Shown here piece after piece: positions 41,187 to 51,127 of a stretch of 64,000 nt of DNA. The notes under the pieces are model-generated. The model was not told the DNA's origin and ran no database searches. It saw nothing but the letters and a program-made list of their open reading frames with translations. Numbering within the stretch: position 1 is the first letter of the stretch; every line of letters starts with the position of its first letter. The position numbers and the translations under genes are program-made. Source of the DNA: an uncultured Bacteroidota bacterium (GTDB taxonomy: Bacteria; Bacteroidota; Bacteroidia; Bacteroidales; DTGW01); the NCBI GenBank assembly GCA_963701015.1, contig OY969556.1:3500424-3564423 (forward strand). Reading direction: 5' to 3'.

Positions 41187-44186
41187 ATGTCCGAAAACCA
41201 AATAGAAGAAAACCTTATCAAGCAACTAACTGAGTTGAAGTACAACTATCGACCTGATATAGTTGATAGAAAAACGCTTGAACAGAACTTCAAAAATAAG
41301 TTTGAAACACTGAATCGTGTTCATCTTACAGAAAGCGAATTTTTACGTTTGCGTGAAGAAATTATTAATCCTGATCTATTTGTAGCATCTAAGATGCTTC
41401 GTGAAAGAAACTACTTTCAACGTGAAGACGGCACTCCTTTACATTATACCTTAGTAAACATCAAGGATTGGTGCAAAAATGATTATGAAGTTATCAATCA
41501 ATTACGCATCAATACTGAAAATAGTAATCACCGGTACGACATTATTTTACTGATTAATGGATTGCCTGTTGTTCAAATTGAATTAAAAAAAATAGACATT
41601 TCGCCACGAAAAGCTATGCAGCAAATTGTGGACTATAAAAATGATTCTGGAAACGGATATAGCAATACATTGATGTGTTTCATGCAGTTGTTTATTGTAA
41701 GCAACAGCAACAAAACTTATTATTTTGCGAATAATAAAAACCAGCATTTCAGTTTCAATGCCGATGAACAGTTTTTACCTATTTACGAATTAGCAGACGA
41801 AAACAATAAGAAAATTAACTATTTGGAAGAGTTTGCTGAAAAGTTTCTTAAAAAATGCACCCTTGGCGAAATGATAAGCAAGTATATGGTTTTGGTCGAA
41901 AGCGAACAGAAATTACTTGTGATGCGACCGTATCAAATTTATGCGGTAAAAGCAATAGTTGATTGCATACAACAAAATCGGGGCAATGGCTATATATGGC
42001 ACACTACAGGTAGTGGCAAAACTCTCACTTCTTTCAAAGCTTCTACCCTGTTAAAAGACAATCCCGATATTGAAAAATGCCTTTTTGTGGTTGACCGTAA
42101 AGACCTTGACCGACAAACCCGTGAAGAGTTCAATAAATTTCAAGAGGGCAGCGTTGAAGAAAACACCAATACCGAAACATTGGTGAAGCGTTTACTATCT
42201 ACCGACTACGCCGACAAGGTTATTGTTACCACTATTCAAAAATTAGGGTTGGCTTTAGATGGCACTTATAAGAAAAACTACAAAGAACGCTTAGAGCCAT
42301 TGAGCAAAAAGCGTGTTGTTTTCATATTTGACGAGTGCCACCGTTCACAGTTTGGCGATAATCACAAAGCCATAAAAGAGTTTTTCCCGAATGCTCAATT
42401 ATTTGGTTTTACTGGTACACCTATATTTGATGAAAATGCTACTTATAAGATTAGAGAAGATGAATATGGTGCATATAATACTACTGAGGATATATTTCAA
42501 AAAAGATTACACGCATACACCATTACCCACGCCATAGACGATAGAACCGTTCTTAAATTTCATATTGATTATTTCAAAGGCAAAGGCACTCAAAACCCCA
42601 AGCCTGGCGAACCTATTGCTCAACAGGCAGTAGTTGAAGCCATTCTCGACAAGCACAATGCAGCTACCAATTCAAGACGTTTCAATGCAACACTTGCAAC
42701 GGCTTCTATCAATAATGCCATTGAATATTATCAGTTATTCAAAACCATCCAAAAACAGAAGCAAGTAGAAAACGAGGATTACATTTCACTTAATATTGCT
42801 TGTGTATTCTCCCCGCCATCTCAATTAATTGCTAAAGATGGCGACCAACAAAGTCAAAAGAATGCAGCAGACATAAAACAACTTCAAGAAGATTTAACGC
42901 AGGAGAAAGAAGACAACAAACAAAATCCTGAAGAAAAGAAAAATGCTTTAATAGAAATTATTGCCGACTACAATTTGCAGTTTGGAACGAATCACTCTAT
43001 AAATGAATTTGATTTGTACTATCAAGATGTGCAACGGCGCATCAAAGACCAAAAATATAGCAACAAAGACTATCCGCACAAAAACAAAATTGACATTACC
43101 ATAGTGGTAGATATGTTGCTCACAGGTTTTGACTCCAAATACCTCAATACTTTGTATGTGGACAAAAACCTGAAATACCACGGATTGATACAGGCATTTT
43201 CCCGCACCAACCGTGTACTGAATGACACCAAGCCCTACGGGAATATTTTGGATTTCCGTTCACAACAAGATGCCGTAAATCAAGCAATTGCACTATTTTC
43301 AGGTGAAGACAGTGGAAAAGCAAAAGAAATTTGGTTGGTTGACCCTGCACCTGTTGTGATTGATAAATACAAACAAGCAGTTGAAGCCTTGGGCGTTTTT
43401 ATGAAAGAACACGATTTGTCAAACGAACCACAAGAAGTGTATAACCTGCAAGGTGATGCTACTCGCATAGCGTTTGTAAAAAATTTTAAGGAAGTACAAC
43501 GGTTAAAAACCCAATTAGACCAATACACCGACTTAGACGAAACACAACAAGCCAAAATTGAAGCCATTTTGCCTAAGGAAGCCTTACAAGAGTTTAAAAG
43601 CTCATATATAGAAACTGCCAAGCAATTGAGACTAATACAGCAAAAAGATGGCGACCAGGCACCTCCCGAAGTGCAACAATTAGATTTTGAATTTGTGCTT
43701 TTTGCTTCTGCCATTATTGATTACGACTATATAATGAACCTGATAGCCGACAGTACGCAAAAGAAACCAGCAAAGCAAAAGATGACCAAAATACAGGTGA
43801 TTAGCATACTGAGTGCTAATGCCAACCTGATGGACGAGCAGGAAGATTTAACGGAATACATTAATGGGCTTGACTGGAATAGTGGACAAGATGTAAACAC
43901 TTTACGAAAAGGGTACGAAACTTTTAGAGTCGTGAAAAATGAAAAGGAATTAGCTACCATAGCCCACAAACACGGATTGCAAACGTCAGACTTAAAAACT
44001 TTTGTAGCTAAAATAATGAGCCGAATGATTTTTGACGGGGAAAAACTCACTGACTTATTAGAACCACTTGAACTAAGCTGGAAAGAACGCAGGGTAAAAG
44101 AACTGGCTTTAATGGAAGACTTAGTACCCCAATTAAAAAAAATAGCCCAAGGGCGTGACATATCAGGATTAGCAGCTTATGAGTAA
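41187..44186 (+). CDS. hsdR: type I restriction endonuclease subunit R (EcoR124-like, type IC-style)
   Basis: 999 aa. N-terminal nuclease block NRYDIILLINGLPVVQIELK, helicase motif I TTGSGKT, motif II FIFDECHRSQ. Confidence 0.9.
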   Translation: MSENQIEENLIKQLTELKYNYRPDIVDRKTLEQNFKNKFETLNRVHLTESEFLRLREEIINPDLFVASKMLRERNYFQREDGTPLHYTLVNIKDWCKNDYEVINQLRINTENSNHRYDIILLINGLPVVQIELKKIDISPRKAMQQIVDYKNDSGNGYSNTLMCFMQLFIVSNSNKTYYFANNKNQHFSFNADEQFLPIYELADENNKKINYLEEFAEKFLKKCTLGEMISKYMVLVESEQKLLVMRPYQIYAVKAIVDCIQQNRGNGYIWHTTGSGKTLTSFKASTLLKDNPDIEKCLFVVDRKDLDRQTREEFNKFQEGSVEENTNTETLVKRLLSTDYADKVIVTTIQKLGLALDGTYKKNYKERLEPLSKKRVVFIFDECHRSQFGDNHKAIKEFFPNAQLFGFTGTPIFDENATYKIREDEYGAYNTTEDIFQKRLHAYTITHAIDDRTVLKFHIDYFKGKGTQNPKPGEPIAQQAVVEAILDKHNAATNSRRFNATLATASINNAIEYYQLFKTIQKQKQVENEDYISLNIACVFSPPSQLIAKDGDQQSQKNAADIKQLQEDLTQEKEDNKQNPEEKKNALIEIIADYNLQFGTNHSINEFDLYYQDVQRRIKDQKYSNKDYPHKNKIDITIVVDMLLTGFDSKYLNTLYVDKNLKYHGLIQAFSRTNRVLNDTKPYGNILDFRSQQDAVNQAIALFSGEDSGKAKEIWLVDPAPVVIDKYKQAVEALGVFMKEHDLSNEPQEVYNLQGDATRIAFVKNFKEVQRLKTQLDQYTDLDETQQAKIEAILPKEALQEFKSSYIETAKQLRLIQQKDGDQAPPEVQQLDFEFVLFASAIIDYDYIMNLIADSTQKKPAKQKMTKIQVISILSANANLMDEQEDLTEYINGLDWNSGQDVNTLRKGYETFRVVKNEKELATIAHKHGLQTSDLKTFVAKIMSRMIFDGEKLTDLLEPLELSWKERRVKELALMEDLVPQLKKIAQGRDISGLAAYE

Positions 44187-45450
44187 AGAGATAAATAAAT
44201 TGATACCTGAATTGCGGTTTCCTGAATTTGAGAATGAGGGAGAATGGGAGGTAACGAAATTTGAAAAACTTTGCAAGTTTATTCGTGGCCCATTTGGAGG
44301 CGCTCTTAAAAAAGAAATTTTTGTCAAGGATGGTTATGCTGTTTATGAACAGTCACATGCTATCTACAATGACTTTAGCTCATTTAGATATTTCATAACA
44401 GAAGAGAAATTCAATGAGTTAAAACGCTTTTCAATACTTCCTTTTGATATTATAATGAGCTGTTCAGGTACTATGGGTAAGTTTGCTATAGTTCCAAAAG
44501 AGGCAAAAAAAGGAATTATAAACCAAGCTCTTTTAAAGTTAACTGTAAGAGAAGTCTATAATGTTAATTTCGTTAAAGAAATTTTGGAATTACCAGTTAA
44601 TCAGGATAAGTTGTTATCTCAATCTGCTGGTGGTGCAATAAAGAATGTGGTTGAAGTTGCACAAATTAAAGAGATTAAGTTATCAATTCCCAAACTCAAA
44701 GAACAACAAAAAATCGCCTCATGTCTTTCTTCCTTAGATGCTGTAATTGCAGCCCATAGCCAAAAATTAGAAGCCTTAAAAGACCAAAAAAAAGGCTTAT
44801 TGCAAAACCTTTTCCCACAAGAAGGTGAAACTGTGCCGAAATATCGTTTCCCTGAGTTTGTAAAAGATGAGGTGTGGGTGGAGAAAACTTTGGATGAAGT
44901 AGCAACATTTTTAAAAGGAAAAGGAATATCCAAAGCTGATATAGTTGAAAATGGGAGTTTACCATGTATCAGATATGGAGAACTTTATACCCACTACAAA
45001 GAAACTATTGGTATTATAAAATCTTATACGAATTTAAGTGCAGATGATTTAGTGTTAAGTCAAGCTAATGATGTAATTATTCCAGCATCAGGTGAAACCC
45101 AAATTGATATTGCCACAGCATCTTGTGTCTTAGAAAAAGGAATCGCCCTTGGAGGTGATTTAAATATTATTAGGTCAAAGATTAATGGTGTTTTTTTATC
45201 TTATTACCTGAATAATGTTAAGAGAATGGATATAGCGCAATTGGCTCAAGGTATTTCAGTAGTTCATCTTTATCCTAATCAATTAAAAACATTAATGATT
45301 AATATTCCGAAACCAAAGGAGCAAGAAAAAATCGCCAGTTGTCTTTCTTCTTTAGATGATTTATTCACGGCACAAATGGAGAAAATAGAGCAATTGAAGC
45401 TGCACAAAAAGGGTTTGATGCAGGGCTTGTTTCCAAAAGTAATTGATTAA
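44179..45450 (+). CDS. hsdS: type I restriction-modification specificity subunit
   Basis: 423 aa. Two target-recognition halves, each followed by the conserved helix IPK(L/P)KEQ(Q/E)KIASCLSSLD. The start overlaps the hsdR stop by 8 nt. Confidence 0.9.
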   Translation: MSKEINKLIPELRFPEFENEGEWEVTKFEKLCKFIRGPFGGALKKEIFVKDGYAVYEQSHAIYNDFSSFRYFITEEKFNELKRFSILPFDIIMSCSGTMGKFAIVPKEAKKGIINQALLKLTVREVYNVNFVKEILELPVNQDKLLSQSAGGAIKNVVEVAQIKEIKLSIPKLKEQQKIASCLSSLDAVIAAHSQKLEALKDQKKGLLQNLFPQEGETVPKYRFPEFVKDEVWVEKTLDEVATFLKGKGISKADIVENGSLPCIRYGELYTHYKETIGIIKSYTNLSADDLVLSQANDVIIPASGETQIDIATASCVLEKGIALGGDLNIIRSKINGVFLSYYLNNVKRMDIAQLAQGISVVHLYPNQLKTLMINIPKPKEQEKIASCLSSLDDLFTAQMEKIEQLKLHKKGLMQGLFPKVID

Positions 45451-45453
45451 AAT

Positions 45454-46575
45454 ATGAGCCCTAAAATCACAAATTATAAATACAAAACACTAACCAATGT
45501 AGCAGTTAGGTTAAGAGATGATTTAAACGACCATCACTTTGTATTATTATATGCATATAATGGTACAGGAAAAACCCGCCTTTCAATGGAATTTAAAGAT
45601 AGAAGCAAAAAGCGAAAGAAAAATCCTTTAACAGATACGCTTTATTATAATGCATACACAGAAGACCTTTTCCATTGGAACAATGACCTTGAAAATGATA
45701 CTGAGAGGCATTTGATAATCAATAAAAATTCAAGATTTTTTGAAGGGTTCAGGGAATTAGCACTTGAAGAAAAAATATTTAATTTTCTTGAACGATATGC
45801 TGATTTTAATTTTAATATAAATTACGATGATTGGCTCATTGTTTTTAGAAAGCAGGTTAAAAATCCAAAATACAAACCTGAAACAGAGGAATTAGAATAT
45901 ATAACCCAAAACAACATTAAGGTATCAAGAGGTGAAGAAAATATTTTTATTTGGTGTATTTTTCTTGCTATATGTGAGTTAGCCATTGACGGTGACGAAT
46001 CTTATAGTTGGGTAAAATATATTTATATTGATGATCCAATTTCTTCACTTGATGACAATAACGCCATTGCCGTAGCTAGTGATTTGGCTCAATTACTAAA
46101 AAGAGGAAAGGACAAAGTAAGAGTTGTTATCTCTTCGCACCATTCGTTATTTTTTAACGTAATGTATAACGAACTTAGGTCTATTGAGCATAAAAGCCAT
46201 TTTTTACATAAGAACAGTTCGGAAGGGTATATATTGAGAGCTACAGATGACACCCCGTTTTTTCATCACGTTGCTTTGTTGACCGAATTAAAAAAAGCAT
46301 CAGATACAGAAAAGATAAACACATATCATTTTAATATGTTACGTAGCGTCTTGGAAAAGACTTCAACTTTCTTTGGGTACGACGAATTTTCCAAATGTAT
46401 ATACGGTTTAGAAGATGAAGTGCTTTTTTCTCGTGCCTTAAATTTGTTAAGTCATGGAAAATATTCAATATACCAACCTACTGAAATGAATGAAGATAAC
46501 AAAGAGCTATTTAAAAGAATATTGAATGCGTTTTTGGAGAAACACAAATTTCAATTACCTGAAATATTTGCTTAA
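45454..46575 (+). CDS. AAA_13-type ATPase, PrrC-like anticodon nuclease candidate
   Basis: 373 aa. Walker A YNGTGKT, ABC-signature-like VSRGEEN, Walker B YIYIDDPISSLD, and a C-terminal R-x3-E...H pattern (LRSVLE, then SHG 33 residues after the Glu). Embedded between hsdS and hsdM. Confidence 0.6.
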   Translation: MSPKITNYKYKTLTNVAVRLRDDLNDHHFVLLYAYNGTGKTRLSMEFKDRSKKRKKNPLTDTLYYNAYTEDLFHWNNDLENDTERHLIINKNSRFFEGFRELALEEKIFNFLERYADFNFNINYDDWLIVFRKQVKNPKYKPETEELEYITQNNIKVSRGEENIFIWCIFLAICELAIDGDESYSWVKYIYIDDPISSLDDNNAIAVASDLAQLLKRGKDKVRVVISSHHSLFFNVMYNELRSIEHKSHFLHKNSSEGYILRATDDTPFFHHVALLTELKKASDTEKINTYHFNMLRSVLEKTSTFFGYDEFSKCIYGLEDEVLFSRALNLLSHGKYSIYQPTEMNEDNKELFKRILNAFLEKHKFQLPEIFA

Positions 46576-46586
46576 AAAAATTACAA

Positions 46587-48236
46587 ATGACACAAAAAGA
46601 ACAACAACAACTGGGTAAAACCCTTTGGAATATAGCCGATGAACTAAGAGGTGCAATGAATGCAGATGATTTTCGAGATTATATGCTTTCGTTTCTTTTC
46701 CTTCGGTATTTATCATACAACTACGAAGAATCAGCAAAAAAGGAATTAGGAAAAGATTACCCTGATGATACTCTAAAGGATGTTATGTCAAAACTTAAAG
46801 TTAAAACACCTTTGGAGATTTGGTATAAAGAAAACCCAAAGGAAGTTGAAGATTTTGAAAAGCAAATGAGGCGTAAAGTTCATTATGTTATCAAACCACA
46901 ACACCTATGGAGCAATATTACCGAATTGGCACGTACTCAAGATGGAGAGTTACTAAAAACTTTGGGGAAAGGTTTTAAATACATAGAAAATGAATCGTTT
47001 GAAGGTTCTTTTCAGGGTTTATTTTCTGAAATTAATTTGAACTCTGAAAAACTAGGAAAAACAGAAACGGAAAGAAATAAAAAACTCTGTACCATCATTC
47101 AAAAAATTGCTGAAGGTATAGCAGATTTTTCAACAGATTCCGACACCCTTGGCGATGCTTATGAGTATTTAATTGGACAGTTTGCCGCAGGTTCGGGTAA
47201 AAAAGCGGGCGAGTTTTATACGCCACAACAAATCTCAACCATCTTATCTGAAATCGTAACATTAGACAGTCAAGACCCAACAATGGGTAAGAAGAAAAAA
47301 TTTGATAAAGTGCTTGATTTTGCTTGCGGTTCAGGTTCTTTATTGCTGAATGTAAGAAAACGAATAAAAGATAATGACGGCACTATTGGCAAAATATATG
47401 GGCAGGAAAAGAACATAACTACTTACAACCTTGCCCGAATGAATATGCTTTTGCACGGTATGAAAGACACGGAGTTTGAGATATTTCACGGTGACACACT
47501 TCTCAATCAATGGGATATGCTCAACGAAATGAATCCATCTAAAAAAATTGAATTTGATGCTATTGTAGCTAATCCACCGTTTAGTTTACGTTGGGAACCA
47601 GACGATACGTTGGCAGAAGACTTTCGTTTTAAAAGCTATGGTTTAGCGCCAAAATCAGCAGCCGACTTTGCTTTTTTATTACATGGTTTTCACTTTCTTG
47701 GGAAAGAGGGTACAATGGCTATTATATTACCGCATGGTGTTTTATTCCGTGGCGGCGCAGAAGAAAAAATCCGTACCAAACTTTTAAAAGATAACAATAT
47801 TGATACGGTAATTGGGTTGCCTTCAAACTTATTCTATTCAACTGGTATTCCTGTTTGTATTTTGATATTGAAAAAATGCAAAAAGGAAGATGATGTACTT
47901 TTCATTAATGCCAGTGAACATTATGAAAAAGGCAAACGTCAAAACACCCTCAGAGAAGGCGAAGACGGTGAACCAAACGATATTCAAAAAATTGTTGAAA
48001 CATATCAATTCCGTCCTGAAAATGTTGAAAGATATGCTCGTAGAGTTTCAATGGAAGAAATCGAGAAGAACGGCTACAATCTTAACATTTCAAGATATGT
48101 AAGTACATCATTTGACGAAGTACAGATTGACTTAAAAAAAGTAAACACAAAATTGACAGCAATAAATGAAAGTATAAAAACGAACACAGTTAAACACAAT
48201 GAATTTTTGAAAGAGTTGGGATTACCCCCTATTTAA
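46587..48236 (+). CDS. hsdM: type I restriction-modification DNA methyltransferase subunit (N6-adenine)
   Basis: 549 aa. GEFYTPQQIS, SAM-binding DFACGSGSLL, catalytic IVANPPFS. Confidence 0.92.
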   Translation: MTQKEQQQLGKTLWNIADELRGAMNADDFRDYMLSFLFLRYLSYNYEESAKKELGKDYPDDTLKDVMSKLKVKTPLEIWYKENPKEVEDFEKQMRRKVHYVIKPQHLWSNITELARTQDGELLKTLGKGFKYIENESFEGSFQGLFSEINLNSEKLGKTETERNKKLCTIIQKIAEGIADFSTDSDTLGDAYEYLIGQFAAGSGKKAGEFYTPQQISTILSEIVTLDSQDPTMGKKKKFDKVLDFACGSGSLLLNVRKRIKDNDGTIGKIYGQEKNITTYNLARMNMLLHGMKDTEFEIFHGDTLLNQWDMLNEMNPSKKIEFDAIVANPPFSLRWEPDDTLAEDFRFKSYGLAPKSAADFAFLLHGFHFLGKEGTMAIILPHGVLFRGGAEEKIRTKLLKDNNIDTVIGLPSNLFYSTGIPVCILILKKCKKEDDVLFINASEHYEKGKRQNTLREGEDGEPNDIQKIVETYQFRPENVERYARRVSMEEIEKNGYNLNISRYVSTSFDEVQIDLKKVNTKLTAINESIKTNTVKHNEFLKELGLPPI

Positions 48237-48445
48237 TATTAAATTGGGTATGTTTTCTTTGCCCATAAAGTCCATTAGAATATATAATGTGGTTCCTTAT
48301 TACCATAAAGTTGATGTTGTTGTTGGTTAAGAATTTATGTCTTTATCAACTTTATTTTCTGTGGTATACTAATCATTTATTAACAAACTGCCTCTTTTTA
48401 TATGAATTTTTATTAACTTCATAGCTTCTTTTTCGTACAATTAAA

Positions 48446-48453
48446 TATATTTG
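48446..48453 (+). promoter_or_regulatory. candidate -7 promoter box (TAnnTTTG) for the 48504-49984 gene pair
   Basis: tatatttg lies 51 nt upstream of the ATG at 48504. Confidence 0.4.
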
Positions 48454-48503
48454 TACAGTTATAATTTACTCGCTTTTAAGTAAGTTTAATTAAATAAAAC
48501 AAA

Positions 48504-49019
48504 ATGACTGATTCACTTTATGCTGAAAATATTGACTTTTTAGCTGCAAATAAAAAGGATGAGGAATTTTTTAATTCAAGTGAAGCACACGCCCAAATAG
48601 TTTTATCATCTATGGTGAAATATTCCAATAAAGATGTTAATATCTATTGTGGGAACATGTGTACTGACGTTTCTAATGACCCTACGTATTTAAAAGAAAT
48701 CAAATCATTTTTAGATGACCGTAATGGCACTATTAATGTATTATTGTGTGATTATAACGATTCATTTAAAGAAAAAGAAATATATAAATTATTGTCTGCT
48801 TACATTCCTTTAAAGGTTAAAGTAAAAAAGACAAAAAAGGTACTCTTATTTAATAACAAACCTGTTCATTTTACTATATCAGACAGCTCAGCTTTTCGTT
48901 TAGAAACAGACATTGATGCTAAAATGGCTAGGGGTAATTTCAATGACCCTAACAGTGCAATTAAATTAAACGAGTATTTTTTTACTTTATTTAATCAACA
49001 GGCCAGCACTGAAGTTTAA
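48504..49019 (+). CDS. hypothetical soluble protein, 171 aa, unknown family
   Basis: Clean ORF with its own promoter-like box and no TM segment. The secondary-structure layout is only vaguely reminiscent of a single Nuc-type PLD domain, and there is no HxK(x)4D motif. Confidence 0.5.
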   Translation: MTDSLYAENIDFLAANKKDEEFFNSSEAHAQIVLSSMVKYSNKDVNIYCGNMCTDVSNDPTYLKEIKSFLDDRNGTINVLLCDYNDSFKEKEIYKLLSAYIPLKVKVKKTKKVLLFNNKPVHFTISDSSAFRLETDIDAKMARGNFNDPNSAIKLNEYFFTLFNQQASTEV

Positions 49020-49033
49020 ATTTAAAGCTTAAA

Positions 49034-49984
49034 ATGTCGTTACTTAACACAATCTCAGATTATACTGACATAATTGCTATTTCAATAGGTTTAAATCTTG
49101 CTTATGTTATTATAACTAACTACACATTAAAAGGTAATGATAATAAAGCAAGTTTTTTCGACATACTATCTCTATATGTTGATAGTGCTATAAGTCGTAT
49201 AGTTAAGAGAAAATCAAAAAAGTTAATTACATTAAAAAATCTACAACTTAAGCTTGAATATTATTTAGCTTCAAAATCTTCAAATAACAGTGAAAAAAAA
49301 GCTATTGTAAAGAATATTGATGATGAGCTCAAAAATATTGACACATCAGTAAATGATTTAATTGAGAATAAAAAAATAAAAGTTAAAAGAGCTATAAGAG
49401 CTAAATACTATTCTCATATTTCATTATTACTTGCAACTTATGGTATTTTTATTCTTTTCTTATCTCCTTTAGAAAAAAGAATTTTTCTAAGCTTTAACAG
49501 CATATTAGTTTATTTAAATTTTATCACTTTTTTTTGTGTCATACATTCAATTATTTGGGAATTTCAAACTCTTTATATAAAAATTAAGAAACTAAGTATA
49601 TTAAATACTATTATTTGTGATTTGAGTAATTTATTAGCTCCAAGATTTCGCAACATTATATATTCTCAATTTATTTTTATTATAGCTTTAATAATTGCTA
49701 TTTATTGTAAATATTTTAATACTTATGTTGCCTTGAAATTTCCATTTTTTTATAGAAATGCTTTAGTATTTGCAACGGTTTTACTTTTTTCAAATTTTAT
49801 ATTTTATACAATTTTTTGTTTTATTCGTGTTGAAATTGTTGTAAGTCGCTTTAAACGAAAATTAAAAGCTCTTGATATTTCAAATAAAGTAATAACTTAC
49901 AATGGCCTGTTAGCTCCTATATTAAAGGATTTAGAAAATGACCCATTAGTTGTTGTTTCAGAAATTGTTTTAACACAGAAATAG
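49034..49984 (+). CDS. hypothetical integral membrane protein, 316 aa (1 N-terminal TM, charged linker, about 4 C-terminal TMs)
   Basis: Hydrophobic stretches IIAISIGLNLAYVIITNY, ISLLLATYGIFILFLSPL, ILVYLNFITFFCVIHSIIW, IIYSQFIFIIALIIAIYC, LVFATVLLFSNFIFYTIFCFI. Starts 14 nt after the preceding ORF. Confidence 0.5.
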   Translation: MSLLNTISDYTDIIAISIGLNLAYVIITNYTLKGNDNKASFFDILSLYVDSAISRIVKRKSKKLITLKNLQLKLEYYLASKSSNNSEKKAIVKNIDDELKNIDTSVNDLIENKKIKVKRAIRAKYYSHISLLLATYGIFILFLSPLEKRIFLSFNSILVYLNFITFFCVIHSIIWEFQTLYIKIKKLSILNTIICDLSNLLAPRFRNIIYSQFIFIIALIIAIYCKYFNTYVALKFPFFYRNALVFATVLLFSNFIFYTIFCFIRVEIVVSRFKRKLKALDISNKVITYNGLLAPILKDLENDPLVVVSEIVLTQK

Positions 49985-50218
49985 TAAGTGGCTTAACATT
50001 TAGTTGCATGTAATCCATGTCAAATAGAAAATTTTCTAATTTTCCAAATCAAATATTCCTCACCGCACTAGCAGGTTACATTGGCTTTAATATTGGCAAA
50101 GCCTAATCCAATTATAAGTTGTGGCAAAACAGGTATTTTCACGGCAAACAATACTAAATTTTGAATTATACTGTTATAAGTTGTTATTTTATGGTTGTAA
50201 TAAATTCTTTAAAACTCC

Positions 50219-50932
50219 ATGAAATCTATAATTTCACTTTTGCTTTTAATATATCCCTTTGCTTTATTTGGTCAGTTTAACATCAATTCCGTATTACCTC
50301 AGAAAGTAAAAAATGCAAAACTTATAAAATATTCCAGTTACGAAGTAATGTTCGATACAATTGAATGTGCGCCTGTTTATTCAGCTTATATAATAACAAA
50401 ATCTGAAATTTCGCACCATTCAATTAAAAGGGCAAAAGAAAGATTCAAAAATGATAAGTCAGTGTCATGTGTAAAAGTAAAAAATTATACAAACTCAGGC
50501 TATGACAAAGGCCATTTAACCCCGGCTGCCGATATGGAATATTCTCAGCAAAGCATGGACGATTGTTTTTATATCACAAATATTTGCCCTCAGTTACATG
50601 ATTTCAATGCTGGTATTTGGGAACATTTAGAAATGAAAGTAAGAGATTGGGCAGAAAAATACGATAGTTTGTTAATCATCAGCGCACCAGTATTAGAAAC
50701 TTGCATAAAAAAAGGAAATCTCACAGTCCCAACCCAATTTTACAAAATAATTTACTCCATTCAGCAAAACACAGCCACCGCCTTTTTAATGGATGCCAAC
50801 CTGATCGAAGGTTCAATATTCAATTATCAAACCACAGTCTCAAAAATTGATAGCATTACAAAGCTCAATTATTTCAAAGTAAATGGTAGTTCAAACAGGT
50901 TAAATTTTATGGATACTAATTTTTTGAAATGA
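50219..50932 (+). CDS. secreted DNA/RNA non-specific endonuclease (Endonuclease_NS / NucA family)
   Basis: 237 aa with signal peptide. Active-site block SGYDKGHLTPAAD (DRGH-type) followed by NICPQ...FNAGIWEHLE. Confidence 0.8.
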   Translation: MKSIISLLLLIYPFALFGQFNINSVLPQKVKNAKLIKYSSYEVMFDTIECAPVYSAYIITKSEISHHSIKRAKERFKNDKSVSCVKVKNYTNSGYDKGHLTPAADMEYSQQSMDDCFYITNICPQLHDFNAGIWEHLEMKVRDWAEKYDSLLIISAPVLETCIKKGNLTVPTQFYKIIYSIQQNTATAFLMDANLIEGSIFNYQTTVSKIDSITKLNYFKVNGSSNRLNFMDTNFLK

Positions 50933-51127
50933 ATTTTGATAATTATATACAAGTAATATATTAAAAGCGAAAATAATGTTAAAAATTAAATGGTTTTCTA
51001 AGGGTAACTCTTATAAAGGCGGTTGGGAGTTAAATATTATGACAAGTACATACCAATTACGTATAGCGCAGTATCAATTTGCGTTATGGAAAAATTATAA
51101 TGCTATATTTAATCTTTTAAATTTTGC

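Noticed and set aside
43280-44161. Two 144-aa ORFs antisense to the 3' third of hsdR. 42948-43350 is similar.
   Set aside because: They lie inside a confidently identified hsdR. Their Cys/Ser-rich, low-complexity translations are typical of antisense frames of Lys/Glu-rich genes.
44688-45360. Two roughly 50-nt similar segments inside hsdS, considered as a possible phase-variation or shufflon substrate.
   Set aside because: They encode the two conserved helical spacers present in every HsdS. There is no second hsdS copy, no inverted orientation and no invertase gene in the window.
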